A stretch of DNA of 64,000 nt from positions 20,561 to 84,560 of the forward strand of contig JALRKT010000001.1 in NCBI GenBank assembly GCA_023268805.1. Direction: 5' to 3'. Below the pieces are notes generated by a model, which saw only the letters and a list, made by a program, of their open reading frames with translations, was not told the origin of the DNA and searched no databases. This DNA comes from Bacilli bacterium (GTDB taxonomy: Bacteria; Bacillota_I; Bacilli_A; RFN20; CAG-826). The position numbers and the translations under genes are program-made. Below, in pieces: positions 1-10,024 of this stretch (position 1 is the first letter of the stretch; the number at the start of each line of letters is the position of its first letter).

Positions 1-582
1 CAAGAAAACCCGAAGGTAAGAAAACCCATCATTCTATCCATTCCTGTCGATATGCGGAAATATCTTCCTTCCACCACCATGAAAAATTTTGTGATGACGA
101 TTAATATTGGAAGAGTCTTTCCGATGCAAACCACGTTTGAAGAAATTGTCCAAGAAGTACGTCAACAACTTAAAGAAGGACAATCGATTGAAAAACTTGC
201 TCCCCAAATTCGTGCGAACATGCTTGCAGAAAGAATGTTACTCCTTCGCTTTGTCCCGTTATTGATTAAACGCATGATTATTCGTTCTGTGTTCAATCGG
301 GTCGGTGAACCTGCATTGTCTTTAACGATGTCGAACCTTGGGCAGGTGACCATGCCTGAAAGTACAAAGAATTACTTAGAATCCTTTGAATTTATGATTT
401 GCTCAACCAAAGTAATGCCCATTAATTTAGGGATTGTGTCCTTTGGTGATCGTCTAGTGATGTCGTTTTCTCGAATCATTACTGACCGTCACTTCATTCA
501 AGCCATTGTCCAACAACTGACGTCAACCTTTCAAATCCCGATTCGTGTCTATGGAAATCGTTGGGAGGAAGCCCATGAGTAA
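1..582 (+). CDS. Alcohol acetyltransferase/condensation (CAT-like) family protein, C-terminal part (5' truncated by window)
   Basis: Frame is open from base 1 (QENPKVRKPIILSIPVDMRKYLPSTTMKNF); IPVD-R..PS.T..NF and SNLG motifs resemble CoA-dependent acyltransferase-fold proteins. Confidence 0.6.
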   Translation, partial: QENPKVRKPIILSIPVDMRKYLPSTTMKNFVMTINIGRVFPMQTTFEEIVQEVRQQLKEGQSIEKLAPQIRANMLAERMLLLRFVPLLIKRMIIRSVFNRVGEPALSLTMSNLGQVTMPESTKNYLESFEFMICSTKVMPINLGIVSFGDRLVMSFSRIITDRHFIQAIVQQLTSTFQIPIRVYGNRWEEAHE

Positions 583-1267
583 ACCCCTAATTTGTCCAAA
601 ATGTCATGTGGAAGTGGATGAATCCCATTCCCATTGCCCCATTTGTGGTCGATTTTTAAAAGATGTCTCCCAAACGGAAAAGCAAACGATTTATCCAACC
701 CCCAATTACAAGACACTTGAACGAAAAAATTCGACGATTCTTCAATCAATTTTTGCGTTTCCTTTATTATCTGCACTTCTTGTGACCCTTCTAGTTGATT
801 TACTCTTGATTCGCAATAATTTTGGAACGAGTTTTCTTGTGACATTTATCGTCTTTTATTTATGGATTTTTATTTATCAAACACTTTTATCCAATCAAGG
901 TGTCGGAGCAAAAATTCTTTGGCAAATCCTCGGCTTAAGTCTTTTGTTATTGATGATTGGCTTTGTCACCGAACGCACCTTAAATACGTGGCCCCTTCAA
1001 TATGTAATTCCCATTTTAATGGGTGTTGCCAATCTCTTATTTTTTATCATTGTAACCATCCAACGACGCACGGATGTCATCCTCTTTCAATCGTTTGTCA
1101 TGAGTTTATTGTCCATGGTTCCCTTCACCTTATATTTATTCGCACTCAATGCAGAGCAAGTTCCCGGATTTATTGCCTTTCTTCTTGGACTGATCAATAT
1201 CATTGCCTTATTCACCTACTTACGGAAAAAGTTTTTCGCGTATATTCAACGCTGGTTACACATATAA
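575..1267 (+). CDS. Zinc-ribbon-containing multi-pass membrane protein (DUF6320-like)
   Basis: ATG at 575 after GGAGG (564-568); N-terminal CPKC...CPICG, then about 6 hydrophobic helices; overlaps upstream stop. Confidence 0.6.
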   Translation: MSKPLICPKCHVEVDESHSHCPICGRFLKDVSQTEKQTIYPTPNYKTLERKNSTILQSIFAFPLLSALLVTLLVDLLLIRNNFGTSFLVTFIVFYLWIFIYQTLLSNQGVGAKILWQILGLSLLLLMIGFVTERTLNTWPLQYVIPILMGVANLLFFIIVTIQRRTDVILFQSFVMSLLSMVPFTLYLFALNAEQVPGFIAFLLGLINIIALFTYLRKKFFAYIQRWLHI

Positions 1268-1296
1268 AAAAAAACAAGGACAAACATCCTTGTTTT
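1266..1296. terminator. Bidirectional intrinsic terminator
   Basis: AAAACAAGGA-CAAACA-TCCTTGTTTT hairpin between convergent genes. Confidence 0.75.
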
Positions 1297-1317
1297 CTAT
1301 ATATTTTTTTAAAAGAT

Positions 1318-2643
<1,326 letters not shown>

Positions 2644-2657
2644 TTATTATATGCTAT

Positions 2658-4145
2658 TTACTTTGAAGTTGGTAGAGAATGACCTAAGTTTTTTTCTTTT
2701 TTAGAACGACTCAAAAAGAAATGATACAGGGAGAAAATAGCGATGAGAATGCCTAAAACAATCAATAAGGGAATCCAACCTTGATAAACAATACCCACGA
2801 ATAAAAGCAGCGGAAATCCTAAGGGAATGGCCATCGAAGAACCATAGACAATATCATTGGTTGCCGGCGTTTTAAAATAGGGATCTTTTTCGCGTAATAA
2901 AGCCACACCTGTGGATGCGGTTCCTGTCATGGTTCCAAAGAAAACAAGGAACGCTTCATCATGATAAGCAGGATAAACGCGTTGAGAAACCCAACGTAAA
3001 TAACGGTAGGTTGCCACCGTCCCAACGACCGCAAGTAATAACAAAGTAACAATGAAGCCTGAATCCAAAACGACGGCAATATCAATGGCCATAATACTAG
3101 CAATCATCATGACATCAAACGCAAGGCCAGCGACCCGATTTAACATAAAATCATTCGTATAAATTCGTTTCATCCACCCACGACGCAATAACAAGCGTGT
3201 AATTACCTTATAAAGCATTGCTAGGAAGACGACGATAATAAAATTAAAGCCATAAAGTAATCCAATTAAGTTATTGATTAAAAACGCAACTCCCGACGCC
3301 AAAATGAGTTGTTCTAATCCATAAATGACGAACCAGGCTGACAAGTATACAAAGCCAATAATCGCAATTTGAATCGTAAGTTTATCCACCGCGTCCACTA
3401 AGGGGATTTGCCCATTGCCTTCAAGAACTGTGGACTCATTGGCAGCTTCCATCGAGGATTCTGTTGGTTCCGGTAAACGACCTTTTCGTTTTAAATCATT
3501 TAAATAAATCACGCCTCCAATTGAAGCAGCTAAAAAACCAAAGGCTGCAATGGATAAGCCCATATCGATACCAAATTCAAATTGACCTGCGTTGGCAAAA
3601 ATGCTGCCTACGGACAAAGCTTGACCTGGCCCTTGGCCGAATCCCATCGGTAATAAAAAGCCGACAAAATTTGGAATAGTGCTGAAAATAAAACTCAAAA
3701 GAATGGTGATCGTGATCCCTAAAATTCCTTGTAATAAATACGAGTTAACAATGACCATGCCGCTTTTTACCGCATTGGCTTTTAAACGAACGGGTCCTTC
3801 CGTCAATTGATCAATGCCTTTTAGTGTGAGCGCAGCAAAGCCAATCGCAATCGCATGATACGTAAAACCTGCTAGGACTTCACGAGTAATGAGCGGTGTT
3901 TCATCAATGATGATGGCAAAACCTGGAATTATGCCACCTGTAAAAAGATATTTTAAGAATAACCCTAAAAACCCCCCGATAACGGCAACAGGAAGGAGGG
4001 ATTTTTTAAGCAAAGGGATGCGGCGACGAAGCACGTTCGCCAAAAGCAAGACGGCCATTAAGATGCCAAATTGAACAATGACACTCCAAAAAACGTTAAA
4101 TTCCGAAAAGGGTGGAAGCGCGTTGGTGAGTAGGTAATGCATCAT
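2658..4145 (-). CDS. Sodium/glutamate symporter (GltS-like) membrane protein
   Basis: About 12-13 TM segments; GFGQGPGQA and FGTMTGTASTG re-entrant-loop-like motifs; ATG at 4145 follows AAGGAGG. Confidence 0.65.
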   Translation of the reverse strand: MMHYLLTNALPPFSEFNVFWSVIVQFGILMAVLLLANVLRRRIPLLKKSLLPVAVIGGFLGLFLKYLFTGGIIPGFAIIIDETPLITREVLAGFTYHAIAIGFAALTLKGIDQLTEGPVRLKANAVKSGMVIVNSYLLQGILGITITILLSFIFSTIPNFVGFLLPMGFGQGPGQALSVGSIFANAGQFEFGIDMGLSIAAFGFLAASIGGVIYLNDLKRKGRLPEPTESSMEAANESTVLEGNGQIPLVDAVDKLTIQIAIIGFVYLSAWFVIYGLEQLILASGVAFLINNLIGLLYGFNFIIVVFLAMLYKVITRLLLRRGWMKRIYTNDFMLNRVAGLAFDVMMIASIMAIDIAVVLDSGFIVTLLLLAVVGTVATYRYLRWVSQRVYPAYHDEAFLVFFGTMTGTASTGVALLREKDPYFKTPATNDIVYGSSMAIPLGFPLLLFVGIVYQGWIPLLIVLGILIAIFSLYHFFLSRSKKEKNLGHSLPTSK

Positions 4146-5322
4146 GGTTTCCTCCTTGGGCAATGATGTATTGCAAATAGATTAACGCTGCATACGGCGA
4201 GTAAACTCTGGGAAAGCGGAAGAGTAGGGTGGTTTCTGGATCCACATAAAGAATTAACTTCGTGCGAACTTGAATCGCACACGAACGAAGTTCTTTAGCA
4301 GTGTAATGCTTTGATTCATTTCTTAGGGTTAATTGTACCCCATTTCGCGATATTTTTAGTTCACAAGATTGGAATGCGGAGCGTCGTTTTTCACCCGCTT
4401 TCCAAACGGAAACAATACTTGGATACGTCATGCTGAAATCGGCATGTTCATCGACATAATCGATAAATCGTTTCTTATTTTCCTCATCAAGCGTCATTAA
4501 GGTATGTTTTTTCTGGTGAAAATGGACATAACCTTGTTCATCGTACGTTGCCTGCAACGTGCATTGATGACACCCTAGAACATTGTCATGAGAATAGGTC
4601 GATAAAACCCCATGACATTGAGGACACGTAAAAAGAAGTTTATGAAGCCCTTCAGCGCATTTTTCTCCTCGATAGTTTGCGAAGGGAAAGACGGATTGAT
4701 AGGCATTAACGTCGAGTGCTTTATGCACGATTTGATCAAGTTCTTCTGCAGAAAGCGAAGCATACTCTTCTGGGATTAGACGTCGCTTCTCCACAATGGT
4801 GGACGGGCCAAATTTTCGATAATACGCCCAGCGAGGCGAAGATAAATAAAGGCCATGAATATTCAAGAAAATTACCGGCATCCCTAAAAACTTAATCAGA
4901 CGCCCCATCCCCGGAGGAATGGAGACAGGTCCACCATGCATGGAAGCATTCCCTTCAGGAAAGATGGCGATATTGCCCCCCTCATTGCGAACGGATACCA
5001 TCCGTTTGACGACGGCTAAATCAGCCATCGATTTGCTTTTGGGGATCGGATTGAAGAAAAATTTTAAAAACCAACTTCCTTTCCCGGAATTAAGCAGCTG
5101 TTCCGATGCGACAAAATATAAGGGTTTATCAAACAACATGTCGGTAAAAATAATGTCAAATTCCGCGGTGTGATTCGCTAAAACTAAATAAGGTCCCCCT
5201 TTTTTTAACGAAAGCTTCTTGCGACGAAATCGATAGTAAATGCGAAAAATGGGACCAAAAAAGAAACGAAATACTTTTAAAAAGAAACCATGATGCCAGG
5301 ATGTATAACGCTTTGACTTCAT
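4096..5322 (-). CDS. Lysophospholipid acyltransferase (PlsC family) with C-terminal Cys-pair extension
   Basis: NHTAEFD (HX4D) and IFPEG motifs; CPQC...CHQC in the C-terminal half. Confidence 0.85.
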   Translation of the reverse strand: MKSKRYTSWHHGFFLKVFRFFFGPIFRIYYRFRRKKLSLKKGGPYLVLANHTAEFDIIFTDMLFDKPLYFVASEQLLNSGKGSWFLKFFFNPIPKSKSMADLAVVKRMVSVRNEGGNIAIFPEGNASMHGGPVSIPPGMGRLIKFLGMPVIFLNIHGLYLSSPRWAYYRKFGPSTIVEKRRLIPEEYASLSAEELDQIVHKALDVNAYQSVFPFANYRGEKCAEGLHKLLFTCPQCHGVLSTYSHDNVLGCHQCTLQATYDEQGYVHFHQKKHTLMTLDEENKKRFIDYVDEHADFSMTYPSIVSVWKAGEKRRSAFQSCELKISRNGVQLTLRNESKHYTAKELRSCAIQVRTKLILYVDPETTLLFRFPRVYSPYAALIYLQYIIAQGGNHDALPTHQRASTLFGI

Positions 5323-6449
5323 GCATCAATGGGGCGAACAAACGCACTTCTTGATTTATGTTGAGTATGCTCGAAATGTTTCCAAAGCGATTGGACGTGT
5401 TGATTCGTTAATAATTCAGGTCCTGTTTCTGCATATTCAATCTTATTTTTAATTGCATTCGTTAAAGCGTCGACAAAGATTAACGAAAGCACTCCGCTAT
5501 CTTTGTATTTTGGATCTACCGCCACCAAAAGCATATCAAGGACGCGACTTTGTTTTAGTTCTTTGAAAAAGGAAAGAAAGCCAAAGGGGAATAGATGACC
5601 GCGATGTTTTTTTAAGGCATTGACCGGAGAAGGAATCATTAATCCAAAGGCAACAAGATTTTCTTCCGCATCACAGACGAGTTGAATATAGTCTAAATTC
5701 ACGAGAGGAATATATTGTTTAGCAAGCATGTCCATCAAGTCTTCTTTGACGGGAACATACCCATAAAGATGATCATAGGTAACATTCATTAATCGGAATA
5801 TTTTTTTAATATAGGGGGCTAACGTTTTAAACTTTTTATTTTTGACGCGGACCAAATGTAGTTGATTCCTTTCCATGACACGTTGCGATATTTTGGTTAA
5901 TAATTCAGGAATCTTTTCAGGAACTTTAATACGGTATTCGTTCCACGTTGCATCTTTTTGAAAACCATATCGTTCAAAAAAGTCCACATAGTATGACGCA
6001 GTGTAAAAGGTTACAAACATATTTTTTTGATCAAAACCTTGCGTTAATAAACCTTCTTTATCTTGATCAGAATATCCCAATGGACCTGCCATCTCGACAA
6101 GACCATGCACTTTTCCATATTGTTGAACTGCGTTCATGAGGGCGACGAAAACATCATAGTCTTCAATGAAATCAATGCGATTAAAACGAATGCGTTTTTC
6201 CTGATATTTTTCATTGGAAAAACGGTTGATAATCGCGGTCACACGGCCAACAATTTTTCCATCTTTCTTGGCTAAAAAACTTTTAAAATCGCAATAAGAA
6301 CTTGCAGGATTTTTTGCGGGCGTTAGATTGTTGATTTCATCTTCAAAAATATAAGGAGTAAAGTAAGGATTATCGCGATACAAATGCGCAGGAAAATCAA
6401 TAAAAGCGGCTAAGTCTTTTTTGGTTTTAACTTCATGAATGGTGATCAT
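5319..6449 (-). CDS. YghO-like GNAT N-acyltransferase
   Basis: FIDFP..LY..NPY, GRV.AIIN, GPLG.SD.DKEGLL..GF and C-terminal LLVAVDPKYKDSGV / ETGPEL.TN motifs; ATGA-coupled to the next gene. Confidence 0.75.
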   Translation of the reverse strand: MITIHEVKTKKDLAAFIDFPAHLYRDNPYFTPYIFEDEINNLTPAKNPASSYCDFKSFLAKKDGKIVGRVTAIINRFSNEKYQEKRIRFNRIDFIEDYDVFVALMNAVQQYGKVHGLVEMAGPLGYSDQDKEGLLTQGFDQKNMFVTFYTASYYVDFFERYGFQKDATWNEYRIKVPEKIPELLTKISQRVMERNQLHLVRVKNKKFKTLAPYIKKIFRLMNVTYDHLYGYVPVKEDLMDMLAKQYIPLVNLDYIQLVCDAEENLVAFGLMIPSPVNALKKHRGHLFPFGFLSFFKELKQSRVLDMLLVAVDPKYKDSGVLSLIFVDALTNAIKNKIEYAETGPELLTNQHVQSLWKHFEHTQHKSRSAFVRPIDA

Positions 6450-6501
6450 AAAAACTTCCTTAGGTATAGTTTAAGGCATTTATGTTTTTTTGAAAACAAA
6501 G

Positions 6502-6524
6502 AAAAAACTCACCTGCGTGAGTTT
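6502..6524 (-). terminator. Intrinsic terminator after tRNA-Ser(GCT)
   Basis: AAACTCAC-4 nt-GTGAGTTT hairpin running into a T-tract on the minus strand. Confidence 0.7.
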
Positions 6525-6526
6525 GA

Positions 6527-6617
6527 TGGCGGAGTAGAAGGGATTTGAACCCTTGCACCGGTTTCCCGATCTAACGGTTTAGCAAACCGTCCCCTTCAGC
6601 CTCTTGGGTACTACTCC
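6527..6617 (-). tRNA. tRNA-Ser(GCT)
   Basis: GGAGTAG...ACGGT-TT-GCT-AA-ACCGT, long variable arm, GTTCAAATC, encoded CCA. Confidence 0.97.
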
Positions 6618-6658
6618 AACGCTACAAATAGTAGCATATTTACGTAGAAGAACTCAAC

Positions 6659-8095
6659 TTAATAAGCACGGGCAAATAAAACAACGCGTTGGGCGGGTTC
6701 TCCGGTAATGGCGCACGTCTTTTTTAGACCTTGTTGATGAAAAGGAATCACTCGCGCCGTCGCTTGGGCTTTTTCTTTAATGATTTGTTCCACGTCGGGA
6801 CTGGCACTGACAGACAAACGCACATACCCCCCTTTGTGATTAAGGATATCAAGGAGTTCATCGAGAGAATCCGCATCGGTAATGTGTTGTTCAAGATGGT
6901 TTTGTGCTGCCACTAGCATCCGTTGATGCATGGCTTTTAATTCTGCTTGGAGGCCTTCAACAACCGTTGCTACAGGAACCATTTTCTTTTCTTTGGTGTC
7001 CCGTAAGGCCAAGACGACTTGACCATTGGCTAAATCACGTGGACCCACTTCAATGCGAAGCGGAACACCTTTCATTTCATATTCAGCAAATTTCCAACCA
7101 GGAGATTGGGTAGAACGGTCAAGTTTGACGCGAATACCAAGCTTTTGAATGGATTCAAGCAAGGCTTCTGAAGCCTCTAACACCCCTTCTTTTTGCATCA
7201 TAATCGGAACAATAACAACTTGAATTGGGGCAACAAAAGGGGGTAATACAAGGCCATTATCGTCCCCATGAACCATTATTAAACTCCCAATCAGACGTGT
7301 AGAAACACCCCAGGAAGTTTGATGCGCATATTGAAGCGTATTTTGACGATCCTGATAACGAATGTTAAAGGCTTCGGCAAACCCTGTTCCAAAATAATGG
7401 GTTGTTCCGGATTGAAGTGACTTCCCATCATGCATGAGAGCTTCAATGGCATAAGTTTCTTCGGCACCTGCAAATTTTTCTTTTTCGGTTTTCTGACCCG
7501 ACATAAAAGGAATCGCCAATAAATCGGTGCCTAATTGTTCATAAATTTTGAGCATCCCTAAGGTTTCAACACGAGCCTCTTCTTCGGTTTCATGCACCGT
7601 GTGACCTTCTTGCCATAGAAATTCCGCCCCACGTAAGAAGGGTCGGGTTGTTTTTTCCCAACGAACGACAGAACACCATTGATTATATTTTTTGGGAAGA
7701 TCGCGGTAAGAACTGATAATTTTACTATAATGCTCACAAAATAAGACTTCAGATGTCGGACGAATAATGAGAGGATCTTCAAGTTTTTCCTTACCCCCAT
7801 AGGTTGCCAATAATACTTCAGGGGCAAAGCCTTCGACGTGCTCTTTTTCTTTATTAAAAAGAGATTGAGGAATCACCATCGGCATGTAGACATTTTCATG
7901 TCCGGTTTCTGCGAAGCGTTGATTCAAGTACACTTGAATGCGTTCCCAAATCGCATAACCATACGGACGATAAATGATAAAGCCCTTGGTTGAAGAGTAA
8001 TCCATTAACTCCGCTTTACGGCAAACATCGGTGTACCATTGGGCAAAATCGACATCGCGGGCAGTAATCGCATCATTTTTAATTTGTTTTTCCAT
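6659..8095 (-). CDS. proS: Proline--tRNA ligase (archaeal/eukaryotic type, no INS editing domain)
   Basis: RPTSE, WCSVVRWEKTTRPFLR, QTSWGVSTRLIG, C-terminal FARAY. Confidence 0.98.
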   Translation of the reverse strand: MEKQIKNDAITARDVDFAQWYTDVCRKAELMDYSSTKGFIIYRPYGYAIWERIQVYLNQRFAETGHENVYMPMVIPQSLFNKEKEHVEGFAPEVLLATYGGKEKLEDPLIIRPTSEVLFCEHYSKIISSYRDLPKKYNQWCSVVRWEKTTRPFLRGAEFLWQEGHTVHETEEEARVETLGMLKIYEQLGTDLLAIPFMSGQKTEKEKFAGAEETYAIEALMHDGKSLQSGTTHYFGTGFAEAFNIRYQDRQNTLQYAHQTSWGVSTRLIGSLIMVHGDDNGLVLPPFVAPIQVVIVPIMMQKEGVLEASEALLESIQKLGIRVKLDRSTQSPGWKFAEYEMKGVPLRIEVGPRDLANGQVVLALRDTKEKKMVPVATVVEGLQAELKAMHQRMLVAAQNHLEQHITDADSLDELLDILNHKGGYVRLSVSASPDVEQIIKEKAQATARVIPFHQQGLKKTCAITGEPAQRVVLFARAY

Positions 8096-9812
8096 AAATT
8101 TTCTCCTGTTTAATCATCCTTTGTTGTAAGCGATTGAGCATGGGAAGCGTCGGTTGACTCGGTTCGGTTTGCCACGGATGAATAAAATCAGCACTCAAGA
8201 TTTTAACACGATTTACGGGAAGTAAATCGAGTGCCCCTTCTGAATGCACATCAAAGATCATAAAGGGTTTGTTATAGACCGCGAATTCATCAAGAATGCG
8301 TTTAAATTGAAGTAACGCTTTTTCATCCGATTCTAAGTAACGGACCCGGCGTGCATCAAGCACAAAAAATTGACATTGACTATAAATCGAAGAATCTAAA
8401 TCCCGATTCGTATCATTAAGCACGAGTCCTACTTCGATTTTTTGACGATGAAAAAGAGAGAATATCGGGGTAATTTCTGCCGAGGGTAAATCCGTTTCTA
8501 AGATTTCTTCTTCATCAAAAACAAATTGATGGCGATACGGTGTAGATAAGACATCATATTCTTTTATTAAGGAATCAAGCGGCATTAGAATCGATAAGGG
8601 AATCAACAGTTGTTCTTTGGTTTGAGCATGAACGTCTTGAATTTTTCGAATGTATTGTTCATAAAAACCACGCGCATCATTCGTATTCGATGCCGCTTGA
8701 AGTATTTCTAAGGTGGAAAGAATAAGTTCTTGCTTCGGTTGAATTTGCACAAGTTGGCCGACTGGTGTCATCGTCGAAAATTGTAAGGTGGGACGAAATC
8801 CAAGCTGAAAATTAAACTTTGCAAATAAATCACGTTGCTTATGTTCACTCACTTGATCTTGGGTAGAACTCATCGGTTGCACCGGATCATACACTAAAAA
8901 GTTCATGCTTTTTGAAAACATTAATGCATTCATTTCCCGTGCTTTAAGAATGAGTGCTTTCAAATCATTCGGAAAATATTGATGTTCGACAATCGATACG
9001 GTAAATTTTACGAGCGATTCAAGGGAATTAATTTCTAAGTATTGAGCAATCATCCGAATAAACGTTTGGGCAATGAAAATATACCCTTGCCGTTCCAGAC
9101 GTTTGGTCGACAAAATATAAATATCATTGAGTGTATCAATAATTTGTAATTGATTGGATAAATAAGGAATTAATCGTTCTTTAAATTGAGATAAATAAAA
9201 CGTTTTAAATTGATCATCCAACGAAGAGCGACCAAAATTGAATGAGATATAAAAAAATGCTCCTTCTTTCTTGCCTAGTTTTTTAGTAATACGGATGGCT
9301 TCTTCGGTGGTTAAAACGCGACGCGTCATGCGATTTTGTTTGGGATTCGGTTTGAGATAACGTAAAACATACCGATTTAAATTAATAATTTCTTTATTTG
9401 TATCAACAAAATTCACTTCAAAAATAACTTGCTGCTGTTGGCGTTTGTCCTTAATGAGATGCGTCTGAAACGTCCAAGGAACATCGCTTTGTTGCTTTAA
9501 TAGGCGCGTTAACCATAAGGTCAATTCATCGCGTTGTTCCGGACGATAAAATCGCATAAAATCATCCATTAAATACGTTTTTACACGACGGCGTTTTCGC
9601 ATGTCGTATTCTTCAACTTTTCCTAATTTAAGATCAAGACGATAAACAAACCCATAATTTAAGCGTTGTTGGATGGCCGTAAAATGATCCTTGGCATCTT
9701 GTTGAAAAACGATTAGAAAAAGAATCACCGCGAGGGTGATAACACCCATAATCCCTAAAGTAATCCAAAGGAAATTGAGTTCAACAACTTGAATATTCAT
9801 CGTGGTTTTCAC
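8079..9812 (-). CDS. Membrane-anchored protein with degenerate GGDEF- and EAL-like domains
   Basis: N-terminal TM helix; FTVSIVEHQYFPNDLKALILKA resembles the end of a GGDEF domain; FQLGFRPTL and IFDVHSEGALDLL..RVKILSADFIHP resemble the start and end of an EAL domain; catalytic signatures absent. Confidence 0.55.
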   Translation of the reverse strand: MKTTMNIQVVELNFLWITLGIMGVITLAVILFLIVFQQDAKDHFTAIQQRLNYGFVYRLDLKLGKVEEYDMRKRRRVKTYLMDDFMRFYRPEQRDELTLWLTRLLKQQSDVPWTFQTHLIKDKRQQQQVIFEVNFVDTNKEIINLNRYVLRYLKPNPKQNRMTRRVLTTEEAIRITKKLGKKEGAFFYISFNFGRSSLDDQFKTFYLSQFKERLIPYLSNQLQIIDTLNDIYILSTKRLERQGYIFIAQTFIRMIAQYLEINSLESLVKFTVSIVEHQYFPNDLKALILKAREMNALMFSKSMNFLVYDPVQPMSSTQDQVSEHKQRDLFAKFNFQLGFRPTLQFSTMTPVGQLVQIQPKQELILSTLEILQAASNTNDARGFYEQYIRKIQDVHAQTKEQLLIPLSILMPLDSLIKEYDVLSTPYRHQFVFDEEEILETDLPSAEITPIFSLFHRQKIEVGLVLNDTNRDLDSSIYSQCQFFVLDARRVRYLESDEKALLQFKRILDEFAVYNKPFMIFDVHSEGALDLLPVNRVKILSADFIHPWQTEPSQPTLPMLNRLQQRMIKQEKIYGKTN

Positions 9813-9903
9813 TAGGTAAATTATAGGGTTTTAGTGTGGAAATAACAACCGAACATTGTCGATACATTTTTGTTCTTTCTCCCCTTATCCTTGGATTTTT
9901 TTA

Positions 9904-9912
9904 TGCTATAAT
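9904..9912 (+). promoter_or_regulatory. Extended -10 promoter (TGnTATAAT) of tRNA-Ser(CGA)
   Basis: TGCTATAAT 9 nt upstream of the tRNA 5' end. Confidence 0.7.
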
Positions 9913-9921
9913 TCCGATGAC

Positions 9922-10012
9922 GGAGAAATACCCAAGTGGCTGAAGGGGTCAGTTTCGAAAACTGATAGGAGGCGCAAGTCTCGCGAGGGTTCAAATCCCT
10001 CTTTCTCCGCCA
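9922..10012 (+). tRNA. tRNA-Ser(CGA)
   Basis: GGAGAAA acceptor; TCAGT-TT-CGA-AA-ACTGA anticodon arm; long variable arm; CCA. Confidence 0.97.
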
Positions 10013-10024
10013 TCATCAACCACG

